In this document: positions 50,724-62,002 of the stretch, in pieces | Position numbering within the stretch: position 1 is the stretch's first letter | Layout: each line of letters begins with the position of its first letter | NCBI GenBank assembly: GCA_021613535.1 | Contig: CP075492.1 | Location: 4,960,001-5,024,000 of the forward strand | From: Adineta vaga | Taxonomy: Eukaryota > Animalia > Rotifera | Length of the DNA: 64,000 nucleotides | Direction of reading: 5' to 3' | Program-made: the position numbers and the translations under genes | Notes under the pieces: generated by a model | Database searches by the model: none | The model's input: only the letters and a program-made list of their open reading frames with translations | What the model was told of the DNA's origin: nothing

Positions 50724-51110
50724 TGTTACAGAGGTCCCAACTGTATCAGTAAATGGATAGAAATTAGATTCGAAATTTCTCTTCGTTTATTTTTTAAAAT
50801 AGCTTCAGCTTTTATACCATCGAAAACGTCCATACAAACAAAGAAGAGATCACAAAGCACAAAGAGAAGAGAACCCTAGATTCAAATAATAGTCCATGCA
50901 CACCCAGAGAAATCGAATGTTTCTCTCGAACGAAAGGAAAAAGAAAGAATACATTTTAATGAGAAGAAAGAAAGAATACATGTTAAGAAGAAGAAAGAAA
51001 GAATACATATTAAGGAGAACACAGAAAGAAAGGATATACACCGAGAAGAAGAAGAAAGGGAAAAAAGATCCTTCAAATACGCTCAATACATGTTAGAGTA
51101 CTCTCTAACA
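50724..51110 (-). repeat. 3' LTR (387 bp)
   Basis: TGTTACAGAG...CTCTCTAACA; by eye matches 56031-56416 except one A in a homopolymer; contains ~3.5 copies of a 27-nt tandem unit at ~50940-51040. Confidence 0.96.
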
Positions 51111-51127
51111 CCACCCCTTCGCCCACC
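51111..51127 (-). promoter_or_regulatory. Polypurine tract
   Basis: Minus strand GGTGGGCGAAGGGGTGG immediately before the 3' LTR. Confidence 0.85.
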
Positions 51128-51286
51128 AAAATCAGACGTAGGATGATTTACAAACACGAGAACAAAACAAAGAAAACAATTATCAAAATAAAATATAAAG
51201 AAACAACTGATAATCAAAGGGAAGAAAGAAGAGAAACATCACAAAAGATTTTCTCAGGTTGTATAGTTTCTTTTCTTTTTCTGTTT

Positions 51287-54200
51287 TCATGCTGAGTACT
51301 TGTTGGAATAATGTCGACGTAATCGATTAACGTTAGTATTTAATATTTCATATAAGTTGTTTGGGTTTTGGATTCGATATGTGGATTCATTGAGTTGTTG
51401 AATTATTTGATATGGACCATCATATTTTGGCATCAGTTTTGACTTCAATCCAAGTCGCTTGACGTAAATGAAATCACCAACAACATAGTGTTCATTCGTT
51501 CGATTGGCATCATAACGTTGTTTTGATTTTATCTGGATGTTTCTAATGTTCGCGTGAACGAGTTGCTTAGCTGCTTCTAAATATTCTTGCAATTGTTTAA
51601 CATATTGATGAGGTTCAATAATTGTTGTGGTGGCTTTTGGTAAATCATATGGTAATTTACATAATCGTCCAAACATCATTTCATAAGGAGTTAGTTTTGT
51701 ACTTGCATGGCGACTTGTGTTGTATGAGAATGTTAATTTAGATAATTGTTGATCCCAATCAGTTCGTTTACTGTTACACATTGACGCTAAACTGTCGCAC
51801 ATGGAGGAGTTAAATCGTTCACACACACCATTTGATTTTGGATTATATGGTGTTGTATATAAATGACAGATACCATATAATGATGTAATTTTGTTAAATA
51901 ATTCAGCAGTAAAATGTGTTCCATTATCCGTTAAAATTTGATTTGGTGTACCATATTTAAGTATCACTTCTTCTACTAGAACTTTTGCTGCACTTAATGC
52001 TGAATTGTCATGTGTGGCTTTTGCTACTACAAATTTGGATAATAAATCAGTTATAACTAATATATATTTGTTTCCATTTGATGAAGATGGTGTTATTGGA
52101 CCCATAAAATCCATTGCTATATTTTCCCAAACACCTTGTGGTGGAGTAACAGGATTTAAATGACCATTTGGCTTCCGTCGTGAACATTTGTTGATGGAAC
52201 AATTTGGACAAGATGCTATATGTTGTGCAATATCAAGATACATACCTTTCCAATAATATCGATCACGAATTTTGTAATAAGTGCGGTCTTTGCCAAAATG
52301 TGCACCATTCATTGATGAATTATGATATGCTAATAATATATCTTTAATTCTTGATTTAGGTACTACTGGTACTTGAATAATTCCATGAAATCTCCTAATA
52401 TTTCGACATAATAATCCATCATTTAAATAATATTCGAATTTAATTGGACTCTTGTCAATATTTTCTATGATTTTCATAATAGATAAATCTTGCTGTTGAA
52501 ATGTTTTCAATTGTTCAGTTGTAAATACAGTGATTTTATCGTTTGTACTTAACGAACTTGATTGTTGAATAGGATGATTAGTTGAAGTATCAGTTTCTTT
52601 TAATACATTTTGTGGAGTAATTTCACTATTTGTTAATGCACATATTGTTGATTGATGTTGTTGTGGTTCAGTTTGAGTTGATGTTGAACGTTGTTCGATT
52701 TCATCATCATTTTCTGCATCAACAGGATAACGAGACAGACAATCAGCAACACAATTTCTTTTTCCTTTAACATGTTCAATTGTAAATGTATAATCCTGTA
52801 AAGCCATTCTCCATCGATTTAATTTTGGATTGCTGTTGTATTTACGATTTAACCAACATAAAGCATGATGATCCGTTCGTACGATAAAGTTATGACCAGC
52901 AACATAATGATTCCATTTTCGTATTGATGTAACAACAGCAAAGCATTCTTTTTCAGTGGCATTCCAGTTGCGTTGTTGTTTGTTTAATTTTTGAGACATA
53001 TATGCTACTGGTTGTTCACCTTGACCATGATCTTGCATTAATACTCCACCTATACCATAATTCGATGCATCCACCTGTATAATAAATGGTAAATCTGAAT
53101 CAGGAAATTTTAATAATGGTTTCGTTGCAAGAAACTGTTTGATTTTCATAAATGAATGTTGTTGTTCATCACCCCATGTAAATCTTGCATTTTTTCTTGT
53201 TAAATCAAATAATGGTTGAGCTAATGTTGAAAAATTAGGTATGTGATTTCGATAATATTCGGCCATTTTAATGAATGATGTTGCTGCTTTAATATTAGTT
53301 GGAATTGGTATTTCATTCATAGCATTCACCTTGTCATAGCATGGTTCAACACCGGCTTCACTAATCATGTGTCCTAGAAATTGGATTCTTTTTTGTACAA
53401 ATTCACATTTTGTTGCATTTAATCGAAAATTTGCTTGGTGTAATAAAGATAATACTTGTTCCAGATGATGTAAATGTTCAGACATTGATTTGGAATAAAT
53501 GATAATATCATCAATGTATGCTAATGCACAGTGCCATTGTAAATTTCCTAATAATTTGTTGACTATTCTTTGGAATGTTGGAGGTCCATTTTTTATTCCT
53601 TGAGGCATCACATTGTATTCCCAAAGCATATCTCTTGTTACAAATGCAGTTTTTGGTTTGTCCGATTCGTCAATGGGAACCTGATGATAACCTCCTTGGA
53701 AGTCTAATTTTGAAAAATATTGTGATCCATTGAGTGCGTCCAACATTTCTTGAATTCGAGGTAATGGATAGTTATCTTTTTCTGTAACTTCATTCAATTT
53801 TCTGTAATCGATACAAAATCTCCAAGATCCATCCTTTTTCTTTTGCAGCACCACTGGTGACGACCATGGTGATTGTGATGGACGAATAATGTTATCATGA
53901 TAAAATTGTTCACACATTTCAGAAATAATTTTCTCTTGAGCTGTTGTTTTGCGATAAGGACGTTGAACAATTGGTCGAGTATTCTTTACTTCAATTGTAT
54001 GTTTAACAGTTGTTCTAATCGTTGTTGCTTTGGATGTATCAAATATTTGAGCATATTTAATTAAAATTAATTCCACTTCTTTTCTTTCACGTGCATTTGT
54101 AATATGTTTAACCGAATCTTTAATCTTGTTTAATACATCTGATGAAAGCTGTTCGGTGATTCCATTTTTGTCATCACCTGAATAATGACCATTATTATAT

Positions 54201-55027
54201 AAATGTTCAAATAGTTGTTTTCTTGATGTAAATTCTTGATGACATATTCGACATTTAAGGTCAGGTGTTGTAAATGTTTGAACTTGTTGTGTTGGTAACA
54301 ACGGTAAAGAAATTGAAGATGGTGTTGGAAGAGAGACCGTGCCAATAATCGTTTTTGTATTTAAATTTTGTGGTAAATCATTTGCATTCATTATCGTCAT
54401 CCATGCTATTCCATCTTCAATTTTCAACAGTGCATGTGGTGTTAATATTCTCTTCTTTTTCATAATCTCTTCTGATGGTGTGAATATAACTGTGTCGATG
54501 TTGTGCAATTTGACCCGTATAGGTATGATCATTTGTTGTTCAGGTAAAATATGAATGTGATGAGCAGGATAGACAGGATACGTTTCTTGATCATAAGTTG
54601 CAAATGGAATATTAACTACATATGATGCTTTACTTTTCCGAATGCATTTCTCGGTCGTAATAATATCAATGCCATTTTCTCTAATCCAATCATTTCCTAA
54701 CACCAAACTGGTACATAAATCGATGGCAACTTGTGCTAAAACAAATGTTGAAATATTTTTTAGATGAATTTTTAACTTAACTAAACCAATTGTACGTAAT
54801 TCACTATTATTTGCTGTTCGATGTACATTTTTTTCATATATAATACGAGGTCGATGTGTTAATTTACGTAGAGTGTTGATGTGGATGATGGAATACGCTG
54901 AACCTGTATCGATCATTGTATTGATTAATTTGTGGTTGACATGAAGATTAACAATAAGTGGTGTTGATGGGTTTTTATTGTTTACAGGAACAGAACCATC
55001 ATCTTCTGTTCCTGTTAATCTTTTAAA
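51287..55027 (-). CDS. pol: Pol polyprotein (protease, spacer with C2H2 zinc finger, RT, RNase H, integrase), expressed by -1 frameshift
   Basis: IDTGS; CRICHQEFTSRKQLFEHLYNNGH; WRFCIDYRKLN, YIDD; VDASNYGIGGVL; H..H..CPNC, MDF/TDNG/ERFN, GPY; uninterrupted ORF. Confidence 0.95.
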   Translation of the reverse strand, partial: FKRLTGTEDDGSVPVNNKNPSTPLIVNLHVNHKLINTMIDTGSAYSIIHINTLRKLTHRPRIIYEKNVHRTANNSELRTIGLVKLKIHLKNISTFVLAQVAIDLCTSLVLGNDWIRENGIDIITTEKCIRKSKASYVVNIPFATYDQETYPVYPAHHIHILPEQQMIIPIRVKLHNIDTVIFTPSEEIMKKKRILTPHALLKIEDGIAWMTIMNANDLPQNLNTKTIIGTVSLPTPSSISLPLLPTQQVQTFTTPDLKCRICHQEFTSRKQLFEHLYNNGHYSGDDKNGITEQLSSDVLNKIKDSVKHITNARERKEVELILIKYAQIFDTSKATTIRTTVKHTIEVKNTRPIVQRPYRKTTAQEKIISEMCEQFYHDNIIRPSQSPWSSPVVLQKKKDGSWRFCIDYRKLNEVTEKDNYPLPRIQEMLDALNGSQYFSKLDFQGGYHQVPIDESDKPKTAFVTRDMLWEYNVMPQGIKNGPPTFQRIVNKLLGNLQWHCALAYIDDIIIYSKSMSEHLHHLEQVLSLLHQANFRLNATKCEFVQKRIQFLGHMISEAGVEPCYDKVNAMNEIPIPTNIKAATSFIKMAEYYRNHIPNFSTLAQPLFDLTRKNARFTWGDEQQHSFMKIKQFLATKPLLKFPDSDLPFIIQVDASNYGIGGVLMQDHGQGEQPVAYMSQKLNKQQRNWNATEKECFAVVTSIRKWNHYVAGHNFIVRTDHHALCWLNRKYNSNPKLNRWRMALQDYTFTIEHVKGKRNCVADCLSRYPVDAENDDEIEQRSTSTQTEPQQHQSTICALTNSEITPQNVLKETDTSTNHPIQQSSSLSTNDKITVFTTEQLKTFQQQDLSIMKIIENIDKSPIKFEYYLNDGLLCRNIRRFHGIIQVPVVPKSRIKDILLAYHNSSMNGAHFGKDRTYYKIRDRYYWKGMYLDIAQHIASCPNCSINKCSRRKPNGHLNPVTPPQGVWENIAMDFMGPITPSSSNGNKYILVITDLLSKFVVAKATHDNSALSAAKVLVEEVILKYGTPNQILTDNGTHFTAELFNKITSLYGICHLYTTPYNPKSNGVCERFNSSMCDSLASMCNSKRTDWDQQLSKLTFSYNTSRHASTKLTPYEMMFGRLCKLPYDLPKATTTIIEPHQYVKQLQEYLEAAKQLVHANIRNIQIKSKQRYDANRTNEHYVVGDFIYVKRLGLKSKLMPKYDGPYQIIQQLNESTYRIQNPNNLYEILNTNVNRLRRHYSNKYSA

Positions 55028-55860
55028 TGATGTGGACAATTACGTTGTATATGTCCTATTTGTCCACATTGAAAACATTTACGTCGATCACCATTTTGAT
55101 AGCTGTTGCTATTTGTATAACGACGATTATTAATTGTCTGTGGATAGTGTTGGTAAGTTGGATGATGGTTTGTTCGTTGTTGGTTATAGGTAAATTGATT
55201 TTGTCGATGTGGTTTTTGTGGTTGATAAGCTTGATAATGACGTGATTGAGTTGCTGCAATCATTGGATAGTCATTTGGTTCAAATGAATATGTTGGTTCA
55301 GTTAATTGAATGGATTCGATTTGTTTGCGATGATGTGCCATTACTTTTGTACTTGATTCAAAATTTTTTGCTTGAATCATAAATTCATCAGGAGTTTGAA
55401 CATTTAATGGTAATATTTTTTCTTTTAATTCTTCCCGAAGACCACCAACCAGTTTGATTGTTTTATCCATAGCTGACATTTGAGGATCATATTCCCGACA
55501 TAATTTATCTAATGCATAATAATAATCATGAACAGATTCTTCAGCTCCTTGTCGTCGTTGATTTATTTGTTCAGCTAATAAATGTCGATTTTGTGTACGT
55601 TCAGGTGGAGGAAATACACGTTCAAATGTTTGACGAAATGCTAACCATGTTGGATATGGTCCTCGGTTAGAACGAAACCAATCAAAAGCTGCACCCTCTA
55701 ATTTAATTCCAATACGACTTAATCGATCAGCATCATTAATGTTGAAAGCATTAAATACAATTTCTGCACGATCACACCAATCTCGTGAATTATCTTGTGA
55801 AGTTCCATTAAATGCTTTGATGTTGTCAAATGCTCGTGTAGGTGGATCTGTTGTAGCCAT
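55015..55860 (-). CDS. gag: Gag with CCHC zinc knuckle
   Basis: FNG..DW..LEGAAFDWF..RRQGAEESVHDY; CFQCGQIGHIQRNC. First ATG at 55860; the frame stays open up to the PBS. Confidence 0.92.
   Translation of the reverse strand: MATTDPPTRAFDNIKAFNGTSQDNSRDWCDRAEIVFNAFNINDADRLSRIGIKLEGAAFDWFRSNRGPYPTWLAFRQTFERVFPPPERTQNRHLLAEQINQRRQGAEESVHDYYYALDKLCREYDPQMSAMDKTIKLVGGLREELKEKILPLNVQTPDEFMIQAKNFESSTKVMAHHRKQIESIQLTEPTYSFEPNDYPMIAATQSRHYQAYQPQKPHRQNQFTYNQQRTNHHPTYQHYPQTINNRRYTNSNSYQNGDRRKCFQCGQIGHIQRNCPHHLKD
55021..55027 (-). promoter_or_regulatory. -1 ribosomal frameshift slippery heptamer T TTA AAA
   Basis: X XXY YYZ pattern in gag phase just before the gag stop; the -1 frame is pol (FKRLTG..). 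Confidence 0.8.
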
Positions 55861-56012
55861 TAGAATTGGATTTGGTTGAGGAATGTTTTGTTGGATAACT
55901 TGTTGAATATTTTGTTGACGTGGACGGAGATTATAAGGATTGGCCAGGTTAAATAATGTAATAACTGGACTGATATTTCTTGATTTCTTCTTTATGATGT
56001 TAAATTGATTTA

Positions 56013-56029
56013 ATCGGGTCACGGCACCA
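56013..56029 (-). promoter_or_regulatory. Primer binding site, probably tRNA-His
   Basis: Minus strand TGGTGCCGTGACCCGAT one base after the 5' LTR; complementary to the eukaryotic tRNA-His 3' end (..GTCACGGCACCA). Confidence 0.85.
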
Positions 56030-56030
56030 G

Positions 56031-56416
56031 TGTTACAGAGGTCCCAACTGTATCAGTAAATGGATAGAAATTAGATTCGAAATTTCTCTTCGTTTATTTT
56101 TTAAAATAGCTTCAGCTTTTATACCATCGAAAACGTCCATACAAACAAAGAAGAGATCACAAAGCACAAAGAGAAGAGAACCCTAGATTCAAATAATAGT
56201 CCATGCACACCCAGAGAAATCGAATGTTTCTCTCGAACGAAAGGAAAAAGAAAGAATACATTTTAATGAGAAGAAAGAAAGAATACATGTTAAGAAGAAG
56301 AAAGAAAGAATACATATTAAGGAGAACACAGAAAGAAAGGATATACACCGAGAAGAAGAAGAAAGGGAAAAAGATCCTTCAAATACGCTCAATACATGTT
56401 AGAGTACTCTCTAACA
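56031..56416 (-). repeat. 5' LTR (386 bp)
   Basis: Direct repeat of 50724-51110. Confidence 0.96.
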
Positions 56417-57834
56417 GCTGATCATGATGATTAGAAGCTAAAGGTGAACGAAGATTTTCAATTGTTTTCCAAGTGAAAAACAGGTTAAGTGTCAATGGTC
56501 CAATGGTATAAACTAAAGGTGTAAGAAAAAAATCATTGATTTTTGTTATTGGACTTGTCATCATCGTACAAACGCCGTTGACACTATGGCTAACAGATAT
56601 AATTGGTATATAAATAATCGACCAGAAAACAGTAGTAGTTATAATTGCAAATCTCACAAGTCGTAATGATCGCCATCGTTGACGAAACCTTGCCTCACGA
56701 CATGTACTTGAGTATTGATCAAAGGCAGCCCAACATGTAAATGATATGATTGGTACTGTTGTAACATAAAGTAGATAATTATGTTCACGACATGCAATAT
56801 CATTGGTATTGAATACACCTAAGAGAAAACCATCAACGAGAATACTTTGTAGATAAATCGAAGGTAAATGTATGAGAGTTAAAATAGCACCACCAAGTAA
56901 ATAAAGAATTGTTGGATTTTGATGAAATGTTATGTCTCTTGTGAAGATAATAATCGTGAATATCGCTCCAATGATACCGAAAGTAATCATTGGTACAGCT
57001 AACAAATAATTGAGCCATTGAGAAATGATATTGATAGTAATTGCTGTTGTTGATGTATTCATCGATATGCTATGTAAGTCGCTTGTAATACGTCCGTTCG
57101 ATATTAAAAAGTGTGATATTATTTTCTTTTAGTTTGAATGTCGTTCGAAAAGAAATTGTAACAAAAAATATATATATTTTTTCCGCTCTGTTAGAAGAAT
57201 ACATTTTAATATCGTTTGATTTACCATCTCTAACAATTTGAGACTTCTGATGTCTGTTTTTTATGTGAAATTTAACGAGAATTGATTACTTAGAAAATCT
57301 AAATATAACATATATTCTCAGACAGTAATTCGTTTTGAATGTTGATAATTGATAAATAATTCAGGAAAATTTTAAATCATATATGGATCAAGCTACATCA
57401 CTAAAAATCTGTAATCCATACCGGCGATTTTCAATCGAAACCCTTTATTAAACTAAGTATAGAATCTCACGAGGTATATAGATAATAGATGTACCGAAAT
57501 AATTAACACCGAAAAAATGAACTATTTATAATGCGATATTTATGGAAGGATATTATGCGGATTTAGAACTATTTTATGTTTCCAATAAGAAATTGGAATC
57601 CGTCATTCTTCTTTAACTATGTATTCAAAATGAACAAATTTGTTGCTCGTTTGAAAATTATAATCTGTTAAAACAGACATGACAATGCAATGGCTGCGTC
57701 CGCGAAAAAAATCTGTGTTCTTATCTGTCGAGCTAGGAAAAAACCAGTTTGCATAAACTGTTGTGAAATTTTGTGTTTTATCGTCGGTGATTAATAATTC
57801 ATCGTACGAACGAGTTTTGTCATTTATTTTCGTC

Positions 57835-59604
57835 ATGATTTATAGAAAGTTACATTTTCTTCTCGTCTTCATCAATTTTATTGTGCAGTGTTACTGCTCT
57901 ACTGAAACTTATTGGAATGAAACATTGGACACCTCTTCACAAATCATTCCCATTATACCTAACAATGACATATACAAATGTGTCTCATATACAACTGCTC
58001 ATGTTGATGTTTCACATTGGATCAATCAAGATTTCTCCATCTACAAAGATTGTCAAACATCTGGTCTCTACACTCTCAACAGAATTGATCGACAATTCAA
58101 AATTGAAATCGATGTACAACGATCATGGATTGTTGAAGTATACATCTTCATTCCATATTCTCATATTCACTTACTCTCTCATTTATTCTAGACATCAGCA
58201 ATCATTTTCAATGGCACAATCAAACCAATCTGTGGTCTCAATTCTCATAATTTTGCACTTCGTCCAACACAAAGTTGTGCAGATAACGGTAAATCTAAGA
58301 ATATTTTCAACAAATATCTAAAGTTAATATTTATTCACAGGAATCAATGTGACAATCACAGAAACAGATCGATTCGAAACAGTATGTCTATATCATGAAA
58401 TGGGCAATCTCACGATCATTACTACACATAGTGTAAAGTCTCATTCTATCAATCATATTGTTGTTCGAATATCCATTATTATTTGTGGATATTTTAGAAA
58501 AATGGTGAGCCTCTTCATTTTAACATCAATATTTGGCAAGCACAAGCCGATGCTGATAGTTCATATGGTCTCTGTACAGGTGACACGTGTAGTTCAAATT
58601 TTCATCGAAATACTCTTACAGATGATCTTCGATCTAGCAGTTATCCTGATAATGTTGTGGAACTGATTTGTGATATTTATATTGATAATTATCTGAATAC
58701 AACTGGACGTGAACCGTGGCAACGATCACTTCATTATAATCGAACGATTCAAAATGCTCGACAAGCATGCATTGCTGATGTGCAACGAGAAGATTGGCCA
58801 CATGTAAGTTTCTTTTCGAAAATATGACTATGATTTTGTATGAGACATTTTTGAATGTATATAAACTTTTGTAGACAGCAGGTGGAAGTGTAGAAGTGTT
58901 GTTTGTCGAAGAACAAGTGAATTCTGATGAGATAAAAGAAATGGGTGATATTCAAAGAAATTTTCATACTAATTTGGAAGATAAACTTGTGAAGCTTGCA
59001 GAAACGATTGATAAATCAAGAATAGATGTGAATGATATGTTGGCTAAAATAACGACAACAACTAGTACGACGATAATTACCGACGTAAGTATTTTATGTT
59101 TGCTGATTAAAAGTATATATAGATACGAGTTTCATACATTAGACTGATGTAACATCTCAATTTACATCTACAACGAGTTCAGTATATTCAACTAACAGTT
59201 CATCAGAAGTTCGTAATGTATTGCTTGCTTTATACATATTAAATGGAGCTTTATTAACTATATTTAAAGAGTTTTTCATTCAATTAATTAACCATTATAA
59301 ATAGAATAGAATATTCCTAATAAGACTGATTTTTTTTCATTTATTATAGCCATCAACATCATCACTGAATTCAACGACAGAGAAGCGTATGTTCTTATTC
59401 TATTCTCAATGATTTCATCTATTTTGCTTTCATTTAGCAAGCAATAATTCTTTGGGTATCATCATTGGTTGTAGTGTAGGAGGTGCAGTTCTTCTTATTG
59501 GACTTCTTATTGGTGTCTACTGTTGTATTAAAAAATCCAATCGAAAACAAATAGCCACTGATAATGAATATGATATGAATGAACGCCGCAGTGAATCGTT
59601 TTAA
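57835..59604 (+). CDS. Type I membrane glycoprotein with divergent VWD-like domain and Ser/Thr stalk, multi-exon
   Basis: Signal peptide; KCVSYTTAH..YKDCQTSG; HFNINIW..SYGLC; ICDIY..ACIADV; T/S micro-exons; TM LGIIIGCSVGGAVLLIGLLIGVYCC; stop at 59602-59604. Confidence 0.7.
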
Positions 59605-59983
59605 ACTAGAAAATAGATTTATTTCTGATTTTTCGTATTGATGTATGCCTACATATTTTTATCAAGAATATAAATACGGAATCAGTCTAAGTTAGTCATC
59701 ATTGAAACATTGTAATGTGAGAGATTTGTCGAATGTTTTAATATTATACATCATGAATATAATAAACAAACGATAAGAAGAGATTCAAATAGTCGCAGAA
59801 TTTCTACTATCGAATATGTCTTTTCGGCGAAAGAACGTGCATTATTTTTTCTTTGTGATACTAATATTGTGTGATAACACTGCATGATATAGACAATCGT
59901 CATGATTGCTCTTATCTTTTCATCATCTCTTCCAACACTATTTTTGTTCTAACAGTTTTGAATTTGTATACGAGAAATTATAT

Positions 59984-61450
59984 ATGAAGTACATTGATCT
60001 TGTATTCTTTTTTATTCTAAGCGTAATTGTTTTCAATCGTTCTGGTATGTTCTTTCGAAAAAGCTAATATCAATTGTTTGCCACTATGTTTGTTATATTA
60101 GCTGAAGCACAAAATGAGCTATATGAGTGCTATTTATGGGGAGATCCGCATATTTTAACTTGGAAACCAATAAATGATCCTTATAATCCGATATATTATC
60201 AGGACTGTTATAACCCTGGATTTATTTCGATTGTCAGGAATGAATTTATATCTTTTAGAATAACAATTCAGAAGTTTCGGGCGGTGGAAGTATGTCTATA
60301 TGAAGTAATGATCCTGTAACTATTATCTAAGCATTTTCTTTTCAGGCAGATATAACCTTCTACGACGGGACGTCGAAAGTACCAATTTGTACGATTTTTC
60401 TTGAAGGAGATTTTATAGAGTCTGATGATCCAGTCAGATGTGCACAGCGTGGTAGGACAGATTGGAAGCAAACAATCTTTGATTCAGAATTTATATAGGA
60501 ATAACATGGAATCGAACAACATCTAGTTCAGATCAACTAATAACTATCATTTATTCGAAAGCCAATTTTGCAACAACTATACGAATAATGGTAAGCAGAT
60601 TTATGTGGTTTATTGCCTGATAATCTTTAGGATGTACAAAAGATACATATATGTATGTTCTTCGTTCATAAACACAGATTCACATTCACGCTATCAACAA
60701 TAGTTGTAAGCTTTTTTTTAATGATGATTAGTTTTTACTTTTAGAAAGCTCCTTGCGATAACGGTGCCTATCTTAATGTCTATGTATGGCTACCAAAGAC
60801 TCTGGCAGACAAATCTACAGGTTTTTGTAAAAAAATGACCCAAATTGTCTCCTTACTTCTTTGAGAACGGTCTCAGAGTCTGATCAAGTAGGCAACCAAT
60901 CACTAAATCAAATGGTTACTAGAGTTGATGCTAGAGCTATTTGTAAAACTTATGTGGATACATATATGAATAAAATCAATTCTATACCATCGCAATTGGA
61001 TGCTTTTATGAATACAACCGTCGAATACGTCATGAATACATGCATGGAAGATTTCATTTCTACTGGTGACCTAGAAGTAATTCATAGTTTAAAAGTCGCT
61101 TGACTTGATAAAATATATTTACAGATTGCACGTGCATCACTCGATGTATTGATGATAAAGAAGTTAACGAGAGGTGTGACATCGATTGATGCAATCCAAA
61201 GAACTATGGAAACTGATGCACAAGATGCATTAGCCAACTTGAAAGAAGCTATAGAACGAGCTGAGACCATAATTCGCCGTATATACAATAAAACTGACAT
61301 TCGCGTAAGACGATCCCACCCTGCCCATCGTATTTGGTATTATTTTCTTCTTTCAGGTTCCATGCAATCCTCTAACACCACCACTTATTTTATCGAAAAC
61401 AACAACAACAACAACAACAACAACACCGACCACAACAACTACTGCATCAG
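59984..61450 (+). CDS. Secreted/surface VWD-like protein with GDPH motif and Thr-rich stalk; 3' end unresolved
   Basis: Signal exon MKYIDLVFFFILSVIVFNRS; ECYLWGDPHILTW..QDCYNPG; YLNVYVWLP..STGFC; ICKTY..TCMEDFISTGD; one-base A-run deficit at ~60830. Confidence 0.65.
61398..61424 (+). repeat. (ACA)n coding microsatellite (poly-Thr)
   Basis: About 9 ACA units within a Thr-rich exon. Confidence 0.8.
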
Positions 61451-62002
61451 GTAGGCAAGAATATCTAAGATATAAAAATAATAGCTGATAGTCGTACATG
61501 ATATTAAAGTCACAGAGAAACATGAATCTTGTCGAATTTCAATCAAAATGTGTCGATGATTACATATTGTAACTGCCCACCTCTGCAATAGAATGTTCTC
61601 ACGGATTCGAAGGGTGTTCTAGAGGGTATTATGTGAAATTTCTAACAGAAGAATCATATGGTCTTCACCGTCATTTAGACGATTTCAAATAGAATTCTCT
61701 CCGTCTGTATAATGTGCATGCGAATATCACCCAATCTCTGTCATCCACGTTTCTTATTTTCCTCTAAATTCTCAATCTGTTTCGCTTTTCGTCGAATTAT
61801 TCTTATCAGAAAAAAAGGAAACTTCAAGTGACTTATTTAAAACGCAAAAGCAAGCGTAGATGACAATATCTCACTCTTTTTCTTATCTCATGTTGACTTA
61901 TATATGCTGGTTGCTCGTGCAATATCGGCAGCGATTACTTCCCACCCTTTATCTACGTGTATAAATTAACATGCGTTTAGACATAATTTTCTAAATCAAC
62001 AG

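Larger units (their letters stand above)
50724..56416 (-). mobile_element. Full-length Ty3/gypsy LTR retrotransposon (5693 bp) with 5-bp TSD GCTGA
   Basis: Two TG..CA LTRs, PBS, gag, pol (PR-RT-RH-IN order), PPT; GCTGA at 50719-50723 and 56417-56421. Confidence 0.97.
50396..57062 (-). pseudogene. Rhodopsin-like GPCR (tandem copy 3) split by the LTR retrotransposon
   Basis: 5' part 57062-56417 and 3' part 50718-50396 rejoin as ..SNHHDQL|TKQIRRMLIPQ.., identical to the uninterrupted copy 1 at ~47971-47990. Confidence 0.93.

Noticed and set aside
50940-51040. Repeat array considered as CRISPR-like
   Set aside because: Head-to-tail repeats without unique spacers, inside an LTR, in a eukaryotic context with no cas genes.
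50850-51096. ORFs in the LTRs (also 56157-56421) as a possible extra retroelement gene
   Set aside because: They are translations of the 27-nt tandem repeat and differ in frame between the two LTRs.
56013-56029. tRNA-His-like sequence
   Set aside because: Only the 3' 17 nt including CCA; it is a primer binding site, not a tRNA gene.
57380-57760. Possible transposon remnant between GPCR copy 3 and the first VWD-like gene
   Set aside because: No termini, TSD or transposase motif identifiable.
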